DNA of 64,000 bases from Octopus vulgaris (lineage: Eukaryota): the NCBI GenBank assembly GCA_951406725.2, contig OX597815.1:5890001-5954000 (forward strand), read 5' to 3'. A program made the translations under genes and the position numbers. The stretch's first letter is position 1, and every line of letters starts with the position of its first letter. The notes beneath the pieces were generated by a model, which was not told where the DNA came from, ran no database searches, and saw only the letters and a program-made list of their open reading frames with translations. Positions 12,679 through 26,960 of this stretch are shown piece by piece.

Positions 12679-12969
12679 TTGTTTGTTCCTTCTCATGCCA
12701 TGCCTGGCTCATAAGGGCCGGTTTCCCGGTTTCCTTGGCGTATAGGTTCCCCACCTGGACGGGACGCCGGTCCGTCGCAGGTGAGCTACAAGATGCAGGA
12801 GGAAAGAGTGAGAGAAAGTTGTGGCGAAAGAATCAGAAGTTCGCCATTACCTTCTGCCAGAGCCGCGTGGAGCTGAGGTGTTTCGCTCATGAACACACAC
12901 ATCGCCCGGTCTGAGATTCGAACCCTCGACCGCGAGTCCGCTGCTCTAACTACTAGGCCATGTGTCTCC
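12679..12969 (-). mobile_element. tRNA-derived SINE (third family) with a 14-bp target-site duplication, nested in a family B SINE
   Basis: TSD cattgccgtgaagt at 12665-12678 and 12970-12983; A/B-box-like tggcctagtagttag and ggttcgaatc on the minus strand. Confidence 0.85.
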
Positions 12970-14589
12970 CATTGCCGTGAAGTGGTTTTCGTCGAACAAA
13001 TCGAACCCGCTACTCATGTTTTTTTTTAAAGTCTGTCACTTAGTCTATCGGTCTCTTTCGCCGAACCGCTAAGTTACAGGGATGCAAAGAAACCAGCACC
13101 GGTTGCGAAGCGTGGTGGAGGACAAACGCAAACACAAAAACACGCGCATATATACAACGGACTTCCAAACAATTATTTCTGCTTACCAAATTCCTTCATA
13201 GGGCATTGTCGGCCCGAGGTATTAGCAGAAGACCCTTGTCCGATGTGCCGCGTGGTGAAACTGAACCTGAAACCACGCAGTTGCAAAGCGAGCTTCTTAA
13301 CCACACAGCCACACCTAGGGCAGACAATCCTTCGATTAAACCAAAGAATTGATATTCCCTTCAGTTTTCAAATTGCTAATCCTCCTACACAAATGTCACA
13401 ACTTTTGACAGAGCCGTTCAAGAATTTGGACCTGGAGATTTCCATTTCCAGCGACTTCGAGGGCCACCTCCCAGTGGTGTCGGGCGTCAACGAAGAGCCC
13501 TCGACTACAACAAGACGACCAAAGTTGTTTTTTTCCCCCACGGTCTGGGGTCTCCCGCCCCTAAGCCATAGACCATCACCTAATCACCCTTACCCGTCAT
13601 GTTGCTTAACAACAACAACTCCTGACAGAAGCGTCACCGTTCTTTCGGTGACGGGTTGGAATTTGAACTCAGAATGCATAGAACCGAAAGATGCTGAAAA
13701 GCATCTTCTCTAACCTTCTAACAATTCCGTCAAGCCCCGCTCTGGACCGGTTCTTTCTTTTTCATCGACCCCTAAAGGATGAAAGATATAATTGACCTCG
13801 ACGGATTTGAACTGAGTACGGTACCATGCCATCTCTTCTTTTTAACTACCGAATACTTTCCTGATTATTCTGACCGTGCCAAGGCGGCAAACCTACGACA
13901 CAAAAGGCCACAGAAAGATCCAAGCTAGGAATAACATTACGGGAGCACATTTGAAATGAGATTATTTGAGAAGGGAATGGAGTGAGCGACGTGATTACAG
14001 AATACTAGAAGCACAAGTTCCGCTGGGCCGGACTCGTTGCAAATTTCACAGACAACAGGGGAACCCATACAGTTGCCAAGGCGACAAACAATTCTACTGG
14101 GCACTCAAAGGTAAACGATAAAACATAAACTATATACATATTCCAATTCCCCTTATATTCCCAAGGACCCAACAATAATTGGATTTTATCTCAACCCTTC
14201 TTCATTTTCCATAGCCGGGCTATTTCGTATTTAAAAAGGATTGTATGTGTCTTTTTTTTGTCCTTCCTTCTTGGCTATTCGAGGCTGAAAGGAAAGCGAA
14301 ACCTCAACTACAAAGCACATGTGGTACAGCTTGTCTACTACCACCACCACTAAGTCCGGTTTGTTATGCTCTAGCATCTAATCTGTTTGGATTGGGAAAT
14401 CTCACAGGACTTTGCAGGTCTCCAACCCCGCCACTCTCTGCAGGTTTGTACTCATATCACATCTTGCCTCTCTCTAGATTCCACTTTTCGCATTTTCCAG
14501 TATCATCATCATCATCATCATCATTATTATTTGATGAAAACTCACCCTATTTTGCTGGGTATGATGGAAAAGACCAGCTGTCTACAGCC

Positions 14590-15960
14590 AACAGACTTAG
14601 GTGACACTTGTTTACTTGTCATGCTTCAAGAACCCTGCGAAGAATTCTTGCAGTTTCAAGCAATGCTGGTTCTTGTAGGTGTTCTTCCTTTACATTTGTA
14701 CCAATCTTTTTGAGCCATGTTGGTACTTCCAAATGTACCAATTATTATTGGTATCACGTCTACTCTCCTCATTGACCACAACCTTCGTATTTCCCACTTC
14801 AAATTCTCGTAGGTGTTCAGTTTTTCGTCTTCTCTTTCTTTCATCCTGTTGTCACCTGTTGTCATGCTGTGTTGACAGTAGGGACAACATTTATGTTCGG
14901 CTCACGTAGCTGTCACATCTTGGCAATCTCAATTCTCAAATATCCAAAACAATTTTCGGTTTCCGATGTCTGGTCAGGTGATCACACTGAATCATTGCAT
15001 CCCACAAGCTTTTGCAATTTTTAATTCTCGGTGACTCCTTCTAGAGTTTGCTTATACCACGTCTTTGCTCTTCGAAAGCCGTGATTTCCACAGAGCTCCC
15101 AATGCATCATTCTTACCATGTTGTCATGTTGTTTTTTGTATTCACGTTGTGCCAATTCTGGGCATTCGCTAACGATGTGCCATACCGTTTCACCCCTCTC
15201 ACCACACATTCTGCATTTGTCGCTGTCAGTAGTGTTGTCGACTTTGCACTTAACATAGTTAGTCCTTAATGCTTGTTCTTGAGCTGCGCATACAAGTGCT
15301 TCTGTCTCTATCTTCAGGTCACTCCTCCTCATCCACAGCCACCGGTCCTCTGTATCTGTCTTGGCGTTCGTATCTCTTGCAAACTGAGCGTACATCTTTT
15401 TTCCCCTTCCATACTTTTTTTTTGTGTGTCTGTGTTCTTTTCTTCTTTATGTTTTTCTTTCTTTACCCAATTCTCAGTTTTAATGACACCCGTCTTCTTC
15501 ACATGTTTCAACAATGGTTCCACGGCATTTTTCACATACCCCCTTTAGCTGTTTTCCTCTGATTCTATACAATCCAGACAACTCATCAAACCTTTCCCAC
15601 CCTTTCCTCTGGACAAGTACAACCTATCGGTGTCACGCTTAATGCGAAAGGCTCCGTACAATGTCAACATTTTTCTTGGTTTCGTATCCATGTTCATCAG
15701 TTCTTTCTTTTGCCATTTTATGATTCCAGCTCCATACCGAAGTGATGCTATCACCCATTTATTAACTGCTTGGATTTTATTCTATCCGGTTAATTTTCAG
15801 TGCAACACCAATCTTAGTCTTCGGAAATATTCCATCTTCAGCTGTTCTTTCATTTCCTTCTCCATTATCTTGTTGAACTCAAGTATGCCAAGGTATTTAT
15901 AGCCTTCAATTTGTTTAATCAGTTCTCTTTAAAGTGGTAGTATCTTCCCTTGATGATGTT
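14590..15960 (-). mobile_element. R4/Dong-like non-LTR retrotransposon relic (RT thumb, CCHC knuckle, restriction-like endonuclease)
   Basis: Peptides YKYLG, DTDRLYLSRGKGGKGL, AAQEQALRT, CRMCGERGETVWHIVSEC and EDEKLNTYENLKWEIRRLW; frameshifted; second 3' fragment at ~15990-16316. Confidence 0.85.
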
Positions 15961-16619
15961 AACCCCACATGTTTTTGTAATTTTTTTTTGTGTGTCTACC
16001 GGGCGTTTGTAATGTCTGTCAAGTCACAAGGACCTCAGACAGACAGTACTTTACGGTATATGCGTGCAGTTCCAAGTAATGTCGATCTTTGCAATACACC
16101 TAGATTGTAGGGTATTCCTAAAGTTTCCAGATGTTTCTTCGGGTTCGATGGTATTGAGCCCCATGCTCCGATGACAATAGGGACGACCTTTATGTTCGTC
16201 TCACGTAGCTGTCACATCTTGGCAAGCTCAATTCTCAGGTCTCCATATTTATCAATCTCTTCTCTTTCTTTCATGATGATAAGTTGATCTCCTGGCACTG
16301 CCACGTCGATTATCAAGGATGAAAGGCAAAGTCGACCTTGGCGGAATTTAAACTCAGAACGTAGCGGCAGACGAAATACCTATTTCTTTACTACCCACAA
16401 GGGGCTAAACATAGAGGGGACAAACAACGACAGACATAGGTATTGAGTCGATTAGATCGACCCAGTGCGTAACTGGTACTTAATTTATCGTCCCCGAAAG
16501 GATGAAAGCAAAGTCGACTCGGCGGAATTTGAACTCACAACGTGGCAACAGGCGAAATACCGCTAAGCATTTCGCCCGGCGTGCTAACGTTTCTGCCAGC
16601 TCGCCGCCTTACGTGCATA

Positions 16620-17300
16620 ACAATTTTAATGTCAGAATCGCTAATTGAAATAAAACCGAATTCCAAAGCTTTTTTCAAAAAGGGATTTACTTGTATACAG
16701 ATAGAACTCAATCATATCGAACCACATAAATTTCTGTAGTGATCCGCTTAATAACAGAATATTTTTATTAACTCTACCCATCTTACCGTTTCTCCGGTTT
16801 CCTCAATTCACATATTGCGTTGGCAAAGAATATCCTTTACGATCTGTGAAGTAATGTGTCACGTAACTCAAACATTTCTATTCTATCGTTCATTTTTAGG
16901 CCAGTAGCTATTTCTTTTGCTTCTAAATAATTAGCATGGTAAGTAGTAAAGTTGGAATTGGTGACGTTCTTGGATATGTGCCTATGGTATGTACGAATAT
17001 CAATTCCATAATTTTTCTTTTTAATTTGTCTGCAGAAGTGTTTAAATGTTCTTAAATCAGTGTGCAATATGTCTTGCAAAGATGTGACTCAAAAAGATTC
17101 CAGAGTTTTGTTCTGGTGTGGTATTTATGACATTATGCCTCACAAAATTTATCTCTTCTAAACTTCACTAAATTTGATATCTGCTTTTTCAATGAGCCGT
17201 GTCTATCTAAAGTTTTAATTCATCGAGCCAAAATTTCTCAAGCAAGCAACAGTGAAATAACGTATTCTGGAAGGCTAACTGAAAATCCTTTTAAAAAAGA
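16620..17300 (-). mobile_element. Highly decayed Penelope-like RT N-terminal fragment
   Basis: ORF 16837-17079 YHRHISKNVT...EAKEIATGLKMNDRIE resembles the PLE pre-RT segment (Y..LL..NIT...EAK.IA..L.L.DRI), recalled from memory. Confidence 0.5.
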
Positions 17301-18304
17301 TTCTTATATCATTTGCATTCATTCAGACACTCAGAAGGATGTCTCACCAGCTCATTATCTATACATCTTGCTGGAAAAGATATCTGTATAACTGTAAGCT
17401 GTCTCAAAATATCTGCAGGATAATCACCTTGCTTATCGAGTATGGTATCCTGATAGTCATCACATACAATGGAAGAAACATTACAGAGACGAAATGACCA
17501 ATGATGGAATACAAATAGAATGGGAAAGCAAATAAAGAATAGTAATGGAATATTCGAATTTAAATAAAAAAACATGTATCTGATGTAAAAACCACAACTT
17601 TTAAAAGACAATGGGAAAGCCCACAATGGTCACTCATCATGTTAGAAATGGCTACAAAATCATCCTTAAATGGTACCCTATATCATCTAAAAATAATAGG
17701 GACACATAAGATATAATCCTAGATACACACGACCTGGGGAAAATGCAGAATGATCATGCTGGCATATCTCCGATTGCACCTGGCAACAACATTTCTTTAC
17801 ATACCTGAGACTTGTCTTTGATTAATTTGGGGATGTAGAAACCAACCATCACATCAATGGTTTTTTTCCTATCACGTCAATCTTTTTTTCTATAACATAC
17901 ACCCATTTTTCATAATCTCCGTAAAAATAAATATACCGGGCAACAATGGCACCAGCCAGCACACATTCTGGTATCTCAAGAGTCAGATCTGAGTATATAT
18001 CACTGGGTATATACGAGGCATTGAATCAAAACATAACTGGTGTAATTTCATCATCCACAGTCTGATATGATATTTCGGAATAAAATTCCTTCTTCAGATA
18101 TCCCTAAGATATCAATTCCTTGGATATCTGAAGAAGGAATTATTATATTCATTGTTTGTATTATAGTGCAGTGTGGCGCCATTCAAAATATTTTCTTCTT
18201 TATATATGTGTGTGTGTGTGTGTATGTACACACACACACACACGCACACGCACACACGCGCGCGCGCGCACACACACACGCACACACGCGCGCGCGCGCA
18301 CACA

Positions 18305-18350
<46 letters not shown>

Positions 18351-18439
18351 CATTCTAAAAGTGACATTTCACCCCGTTTTCTATTCTAGTACCCTGGGGG
18401 TTGTGTATTTCAACTATTTTGTCTTTGAAAGTCAAAAAG

Positions 18440-19500
18440 GGAATAAAGCGAGACACATTTTCATCATTTGATGCTCTTTTATTTCCGTACAAACAGCTAA
18501 AAAAAGGTCCGTGCAGTTTATGGAGATTGTGCCATCGCTGAGAGAACTGTTCGTAAACGGTTAGCTAGGTTTAGGAATGAAGTTTTATTTGAAAGACCGT
18601 GAACGTTCCGGCAGTCCTACAGGCGTAGATGGTCACCAAACTGAAAACCTAAACAAAAATAATCTAGGTCGTATGTCCTGAGACATCGCAAAGACACTCC
18701 ACGTTTCTTATACGAGCGTCAAAAGGCTTTGGCTTAATGAATCGCTTACGATGTTTGGCCGTCTCAAACTTTGACCGAAAAAAATTGATAAATTAAGTAC
18801 CAGTTACGCACTGGGGTCGATATAATCGACTTAATCCGTTTATCTGTCCTTGTTTGTCCTCTCTGTGTTTAGCCCCTTGTGGATAGTAAAGAAATAGGTA
18901 CTTAATTTATTGACCTCGAAAGGATGAAAGGCAAAGGCAACCTCAGTGGAATTTGAACCCAGAACGTAAAGACAGATGAAATACTGCTAATCATTTCGCC
19001 TGGCATGCTAATGTTTCTGCCAGCTCGCCGCCTTGAAGAATGGAAATATTAAAAAAAAAAAGAAGAAAAGAAAGAAAATATCAGGTCTGGCTAGGTGTAG
19101 GCCTGACCGCATTTTCTTCTGTGGTTCTCTACAACAAAACATTCTATTTTTCTTTTTCTTTTCTCTTTTTCTGTTTTAGAAGAACGATCACATAATGAGA
19201 AATGAATTGTTTGCAACTGCGTGGAACGAAAGGGCGTCTAGAGGAAACGAAATGAACTGCCTTCAATCACTTCAAAAGTTGGTCATTATCTGAAGAAGGT
19301 GGTGCTCTGTATCTGGTGGGATTTGAAGGACAAGATTTGTGCGTTACGAGTTCCTTCTGTAAAAGCAGACGTTGAATTCAGACATTTATTATAGTTCCTA
19401 ATTATTCCGATTAAAGAAGGCAATCAGTGGAAACGTCCAGAATTGGTAAATCGGAAGGGTGTCATCTTCCTTGAGCCCAACGCTGAGCCTCATGTTTGGT
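18440..19500 (+). mobile_element. Mariner transposase pseudogene, interrupted by a SINE
   Basis: AVYGDCAIAERTVRK...RFR...KDRERSG (HTH region); KKVVLCIWWD and RPELVNRKGVIFLEPNAEPHV (catalytic region); many disruptions. Confidence 0.85.
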
Positions 19501-19696
19501 TAGGGTGTTGGACTCATGATCGTAAGGTTCTGGTTTCGACTCCCGGACCTGGGGATACGTTGTGTTCGGAAGCAAAACACTTCATTTCACGTTGTTTTAA
19601 TTCACTCAGTGTCACTAGGCACAGGAGTGACTGTGTGGTAAGTAGCTTGCTTACCAACCACATGATTCTGGGTTCAGTCCCACTGCGTGGCACTTT

Positions 19697-20185
19697 GGAT
19701 CTTCAGCCACGTCAAGAAGGGCCTGGCCGAACCCGAGAGATGATGTATAAATTGATGCGGGCCAGTCGATCGTGGGAGCGTTGAAGTCTCTAGTATCAAA
19801 CAGTCATGCGAAGCTGAAACGAATCTTATCGCTTCGAGTAAATGAGCATCGTCCTGGGGGTCGGCAAGAGGCGGCCTGTAGACAGCGAACACGGGCAGGC
19901 AAAACCCGGATAGGCTCAGCTTGCAATAGACGGCATCGAATTTTGTTGTAGGTAGAGCATTAGTGGGTAGAATACCGCTGGACTGTTTGAGATCAGATTT
20001 AACATACACAGCAACACCTCCACCTCGCTTTTTTCTCTGTCACATCTGAAGAGGGCGTAGCCCTGTAGGTGGATTTCCGAGTCCTTTACGGCTGGAGACA
20101 GCCAAGTCTCGGTGATAGCTATCACATCTGGGGAATCACGCATGGCCAGTGTAAATAATTCGCTGAACTTTGGAAATAAGGAAAT
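19697..20185 (-). mobile_element. CR1/L2-type LINE APE endonuclease fragment
   Basis: PDVIAITETWL...GYALFRCDR, VYRPP and a degenerate GDFN; frameshifted. Confidence 0.85.
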
Positions 20186-20310
20186 ACCTAAATATTTTTT
20201 TTACGAGGTTTTTCTTTCAATATCTGGACAGCTTGTCTTCATCTCTCTAACAGTGCTTACACATACGTCCCACTCTATCATTGCTCTGCCTTTTGAAGTG
20301 ACGTCTGTGC

Positions 20311-20371
<61 letters not shown>

Positions 20372-21029
20372 TGTGGTGTGTATGAGAGAGAAGGCGGTGA
20401 GCTGGCAGAATCGTTAGCACGCCGGGCGAAATGCTTATCAGTATTTCGTCTGCCGTTACCTTCTGAGTTCAAATTCCGCCGAGGTCGACTTTGCCTTTCA
20501 TCCTTTCAGGGTAGATAAACTAAGTACCAGTTACTTACTGGGGTCGATGTAATCGACTTAATTCGTTTGTCTCTCCTTGTTTGTCCCCTCTATGTTTAGC
20601 CCCTTGTGGGTAGTAAAGAAATAGGTGTGTATGAGAGAGAGAGAGAGACAGTGAGAGAGGGAGAGGGAGAGGGAGAGGGAGAGAGAGAGGGAGAGAGAGA
20701 GGGGGAGTTGTATCAAATGTCCTCTGTGCATCGGTCCTAGCAAGCCAACTTGTGCCTATTGATGTTTTTACTCAGACAGCATATCGTAATTATATGGCTT
20801 CTTCTTTATGATTTCCACATCGCCTGCAGTCATTTGAAAACAGTTTCAAACGAGACAACGAGGGAGCCCCTACGCCACATCTCGATCTACTAGAAATAGC
20901 TGCCAAATCCCCCTGAAACCTCACCTATCACATGGTTAATGTGGTCCTAAATACACTGGTTTTGATCATACGCTCGATTAGGGCAGACCCAGGACTAAAC
21001 AGCAACAACAACAGGGTCAGAAAATATTT

Positions 21030-21317
21030 CAACCTCCTCTATATGGGAAATTACCACCCGTATCATCTCTTGTGAAAGGTAGGAGAGTCCAGTTTGCTGG
21101 ACATTGTTGTAGAGCTGAAAACGAGGTAATTTCTACTCTTCTCCTCTGGAAGCCATCTGCTCGCGATACCAGAGGGCGCACACTCTCCTACCCTGATGTA
21201 ATCTCCAAGGATACAGGCATCCAGCAACCGGACCTCCGTAATGCTATGATGGACCGTGAAGTCTGGCGTAACATAGTAAGTTCCATTGTCTCGACCACGG
21301 TCGAACAATGATGATGA
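21030..21317 (+). mobile_element. RTE-like LINE 3' end with (ATG)n tail
   Basis: RRVQFAGHCCRAENE...LLLWKP...AMMDREVWR followed by atgatgatg. Confidence 0.75.
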
Positions 21318-21676
21318 ATATGGGATACATCGTGCAGGCCTGGCATGTTGCTATTGTTACACTCCCTGGCACCCCGGGTCGCATTCAGTAAGGGTCCATT
21401 CGAATGATAGACTCTCAGACGAATTGGTAGAACCGTTAGGGCGGCGCATAAAATGTTTTGCAGTATTTGTTCCAGCGCTCTGCGCTCTGAGTTCAAATCA
21501 CCCCAAGGTCAGTTTTGTATTTTATCATTTCGGGGTCGACAATTAATACACCAAACCAGGGTAGTGGGTTGACGGAACTATAAGTGCGTCGACCAAAATG
21601 CCTTTTGGTATCTGTTCCGGTTCCTTCCGTTCTAACGACAAAGTCTGCGATAAGACTAGTGCCAAGCTGTACTGAA

Positions 21677-22015
21677 CAACGGCGTAGCGGGAGAGTGTGC
21701 CGCTCGGGAGGACCCTTGCGTTTTTCCACCCTCCCTCGGGAACCCAGCCTATACAGAGCTATACAGCACACCCACAAGTGCCACCCCATAAAAGTGTCTC
21801 CTGGCACCGACTTTTACCGTTTCCTTCAATAAAATTGGCGATAATATTAGAAGGGAGAGCCATACAAGCACTAGCGTGGATAGGGGGGCAGTTGGGGCGC
21901 TTCGCTCCGGGCGGCACTTTTGAGTTTGCTGTAAGTAATATGTGTTTTTTGTGGGATCCGGGGGAGGCAAACGGAAGGGCCGCCCCGGGCGGCACACACT
22001 CTAGCTATGCCAGCG
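21677..22015. mobile_element. hAT-like MITE
   Basis: Imperfect TIRs caacggcgtagcgggagagtgtgccgc / gcggcacacactctagctatgccagcg; no clear TSD. Confidence 0.55.
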
Positions 22016-22172
22016 CATACAAGCATAGACAACTGCTGGTCTCTCATAAAAAGAAGGAAAAAGAACTTCGTCCTACTTCAGGCTCAGATCCAGGCCCTCC
22101 CGAGACATACGTGGGGACGGCCCCAGATATGAAAACCCCTGTTTTTCATAACCTATTGAATTACACAAATGT

Positions 22173-22620
22173 CTCCACCACCAAAACCACTACCACCATC
22201 ACCGCCACCACCACCACCACTACCATCACCGCCACCACCACCACCACCACCATCACCACCACCACCACCACCTCCACCACCACCACCACCACCACCACCA
22301 TCACCACTACCACCACCATCACCGCCACCATCACCGCCACCATCACCGCCACCACCACCACCACCATTACCACCATCACCACCACCACCGCCACCATCAC
22401 CACCACCATCACCACCATCACCATCATGACCACCACCACCACCACCACCACCACCATCACCATCACCACCATCACCACCACAAACATCACCACCACCACC
22501 ACCACAAACATCACCACCATCACCACCATCACCATCACCATCACCATCACCACCACCACCACCACCGCCACAAACATCACCATCACCACCACCGTCATCA
22601 CCACCATAACCACCATCACC
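22173..22620. repeat. (CAC)n/(CAT)n trinucleotide array
   Basis: Seen directly; explains the poly-Thr/Pro/Gly/Val ORFs. Confidence 0.95.
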
Positions 22621-24739
22621 TACTTCTTTACTACCCACCAGGGGCTAAACACAGAGAGGACAAACAAGGACAGACAAAGGGATTAAGTCGATTACATCGA
22701 CCCCAGTGTGTAACTGGTACTTATTTAATCGACCCCGAAAGGATGAAAGGTAAAGTGGACCTCGGCGGAATTTGAACTTAGAACGTAACGCAGACGAAAT
22801 ACCGCTAAGCATTTCGCCCGGCACACTAACGTTTCTGCCAGCTCACCATCACCATCACCACCACCACCACCACCACCAACATCACCACCACCAGCACCAC
22901 CATTTGCCCAAGGTACCGCACAATGGAACTGAACCCAGAACCATGTGGTTAGCAAGCAAACTTCTCACCATCACAGCCACGCCTGCCTTTTGGTTTTATT
23001 CATTTATATATTTATTTATTTATTTTTGTTCTTCTTCAACTCCAACTTCTTTGTTATATTTACTGACCTTCTTCGAGAATAAATTCTTGCGTTTTTGCGT
23101 TTTTCATGCTTCTTCGCTCCGTATATTATTAAAATCTACAGTATTTTCTGGCAAATATTTATATGTAAATCCACTGGAATACTATTTCATTACAATGTTC
23201 TGGTAATAGCTATTCTTTTCCTACCTTCTACCCATAATACATGTGTGTGTGTTTGGTGTGTGTGTGTGTGTGTGTGTGTGGCGCGGCTTTTCGAAGAACA
23301 GAATGGTAATTCCTCAAAGAGCAACGTTTGCAACTTAAAATAAACCAACACAGTTTTAATGTATCTAAAGACGAATCTATCGGTTTCCTACATCACGTTC
23401 TATTTTGAGACCAAAACTATAAAACCAGCCAGCTACACACATACATAAATTTGGTCTGAGGTACTAAGAGAGAGAGAAATAACTATTTTATTGGGTGTTA
23501 AAGAGAAGTGAAACACGGCTGCTGAGTAAAGTGGATCCTTGGAAACGCTAGCTTAGCTTACACGGCTAAAAATAGCAGCCACGACTGTTATTACTTCGCG
23601 CAGGTTCTGCACAATCTGGTGTATTCTGATATTGTTGCAGGGCAGCCGTGTGAATTCTACACTCCGCCGCAGACACACACAGGGCTATAATTGCAGCGAA
23701 GGAAAAATGGTGAAGGCTTCAAGGAAATAAATATCCTAAATTAAATATATTTATTTTTTGTTTAAAGAACAGGAAATGTGTTTTTGTGGAAAGCTTTTGG
23801 GCGAAATTTTTGTGAAGCAAAATCTGTGTTGTGAATTTATATATGCAAACGGTTTTAAGTTGTGCTGTGGTTAAAGAAAGAGGGTGAGGAGGAGAGGAAG
23901 AAGGAGAAGCGTTTAATGCAAGCACTACTTCACCTTTCTGTATTATCCGCTGAAAATAGTCTCTGAGCCACATTTCTTTCATCTGCAATCGGTTTATCAA
24001 ATAATATCTTTCTTAGCAACAGAAATATCTTCCATTTTTAATTCCTCCTTGCCCACCGATCACCACCACAGCCGCCGCCATAAACACTTATTCGCCAAAC
24101 AAAGGCTGCGTGATTTTTTCCCCCACTATTTTTTCGCAAGCAATCTATCTTTATTTCTATTTCTAAAGGACTTACGAGAGAGAGATATGTTTGCGCTGCT
24201 ACGCAAAGCAGGGCGGATCGGGTAAAGAAAATGATGCCGATTAGATTCTGCCATTTTACAAAAAGATTTTTTTCAGAAGCTGTTCCCATCGAAAATGGGA
24301 ACTGCAAATTAGACTAGAAATTGTTTATACATCGCTTCGTGTCGACATTGCTAAAAAAAAATTACGGGCGACAAAAATGATGGAGAATATGTTAATATCG
24401 AGGTAAACATGTTTAATAAAAATGGACATATTGTGGTTAGAATTTTTTTTTATTAAAACTAATAGTTACGAAGATTACATTAATAATTTATAAAAACAGA
24501 CATAAGGTTCGTCACAAAGGTTTATTTTTGCGTGGCCCCTCCAAGAAACGCGACTCTGAAATTCTTCTCCAAAATTGCATAAATCTTCTCCCCATTTTAA
24601 AATTTTTTTTTCACTTAATTTCACCATCTTTGATGTTTGCTTTCTTTTGTTTCCTTTTTTCCTGCTCCTTTCGCATATATCCCCTTTCTTTTTTCTTTCT
24701 CTTTAATTTTCCTTCTTCTTTTCTTGCGATTTTCTCCTA

Positions 24740-24890
24740 AAACACGTGTAATTGGCCGCAAAAACTCATGTAGGTTAAGAAATAAATTTCGGTAAGAGCT
24801 AAGAAGAAACGACGCACTTAAGACAGCATTTTATTGGTTGATTGACCGATAATGGGGAAGACATCTGCTTTGTGATTGGTTCGTTCTGAA
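24740..24890 (+). promoter_or_regulatory. Candidate distal promoter with an E-box and three reverse CCAAT boxes
   Basis: CACGTG 24743-24748; ATTGG at 24751, 24833 and 24875; unique CpG-retaining sequence directly upstream of an ATG-free segment ending in a donor. Confidence 0.55.
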
Positions 24891-25042
24891 CACACTTTTT
24901 AGCTGCCGTCTTTAGCAAGCACTTGCGCCTTTATTCTGGTTGCGTGCTCCGCCGAGAAGCAGTTTACCTTGATCAGAGTTCATCTTTTGGACTTTCCTAC
25001 ACATTTTTATAAAACATATTTCACGGGAAATTTCATCTCAAA
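24890..25042 (+). other. Candidate non-coding first exon 1a
   Basis: ATG-free; ends in aa|GTGAGT with GT at 25043; start approximate. Confidence 0.5.
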
Positions 25043-26256
25043 GTGAGTAATATTTCTATATTTTCAACATATTTCCTTGTAAAATATATTCATCGTAGAT
25101 TAATTCGTTTTCTTTTTCCTTTTTTTTTTTTCTCCCCATTTTTTCTTTTAAATATTTTCGCTTCTCCTTTCAACTTTTGACAATTCTCATTGTCGCCAAA
25201 TCATTCGCGCCACCATCAGCAAAAAATCGCACACCTTTAACTAAATGCTGCTGGAGTAGAGTTTTCTTATTTGTATTTTTTTTTCTTCTTTCTTTTTTTT
25301 TTTTATTCAACTTCTCTCCGATTTTTCCCTGTGTTTTACTAAAAATTATCCATTGATCAACTGCAAGAAACATTAGAATATCTGAAAAATTCTTTGCGGC
25401 ATTTCTTCCGATTCTTTACTTTTACATACCGAGTTCGAACCCCACCGTAGTCGGCTTTTGTCTTTCAACCCTTCGGGGTCGATCAAACAAAGTACCAGTC
25501 GAACACCGAGGTCGAAGTGATCGACTAAGGCCCCTCCCCTCAAAATTATTGGCCTTGTGACTAAACTTGAAGCAATTAACTAAAGGCAGCAAGCTGGCAG
25601 AATCGTTAGCACATCGCACGAAAAGCTTTAGAGGTATTGCTGCTGGTTTTACATTCGGGGTTCAAATCTCACCGGGATCAGCTTCGCCTTTTATCCTATC
25701 GGGGTGGATAAAACGAGTACCGGGTTGAGGCACTGGGGTTGATGTATTTGATTAGACCCCTGCGCCCACAAAAAAAAAAAAAAAAAAAAAAAAATGTCGG
25801 GCCTTATTCCTGCAGCAGAAAAGAAAAGAATATTAATTAGGATGTTCCCAGTAATATTCAGTCATCCGAGGGCACCGAACGGGCAGAATCGTTAGAACAT
25901 CAGAGGAAAATGCTTGGCGGCGTTTTGTTTGTCTTTACGTTTCCGAGTTCGAATCCCGCCGAGGTCGACTTTTCCTTTTATTCTTTCCGGGTCGATGAAA
26001 TAAAGTACCAGTTATGCACTTGGGTCGAGCTGATCGATTAGCTCTCTCTCTCTCTCTCTCTCTCTCTCCAATATGTCAGGTCTGGTGCTTATAGTAGAAA
26101 GGAAATAGTCAGGCCTTTGATTATCATTAAATATTTAACCACACACACACACACAGAACAAACAACACATAAACACACACACACGTTAGAAATTAATCAT
26201 CTATCGGGTTATCTTCCTTATACAGCATATGTTTGCCTGCACATTTGTATACACTC

Positions 26257-26296
<40 letters not shown>

Positions 26297-26449
26297 GCAT
26301 TACATACATATAAGTGGGAAATTTACCACTATGTGGAAACCCTTATGCTAGAAGAAGACCCGCTGTGGTCTTAACCACTAAGAATTGTTCTCTAGAAAAT
26401 TTAGCAAACACCAGAAACGTAATCGAGCAAGACAAATGAAAAGTAACAA

Positions 26450-26489
<40 letters not shown>

Positions 26490-26591
26490 ATATATATGTG
26501 TATATATATGTGTATATATTGTATATATGTATGTATATATATGTATATATGTGTATATATATGTATATATGTGTATATATATGTATATATA

Positions 26592-26642
<51 letters not shown>

Positions 26643-26772
26643 CATTGTTTGTGCATGTATTCGTAAATACAGTCTATATTTTCTATATACGATTATGTTT
26701 GTGCATTGGTTTGTTTATACAGTATTTGATTACATACACAAATATCCACAATAACACACACATATGCGTGTG

Positions 26773-26813
<41 letters not shown>

Positions 26814-26960
26814 CGAGAGAGATAGATAGATAGATAGATAGATATTTAAAATGAGGGTGAGAAATTAGATATTAATTTAACATCGATTTCACACCAATGG
26901 TCTAGCATATAAAAAAACAAACTGAAGGTTCAGTAAAAATTGTATTATATATATATATAT

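Noticed and set aside
13243-13713. 156-aa + strand ORF
   Set aside because: It starts inside a SINE and ends in another SINE fragment, with no recognisable domain or splice support
21697-22686. 329-aa mucin-like Thr-rich ORF
   Set aside because: It is a MITE, a (CAC)n array and a SINE joined by chance, and is open in several frames on both strands
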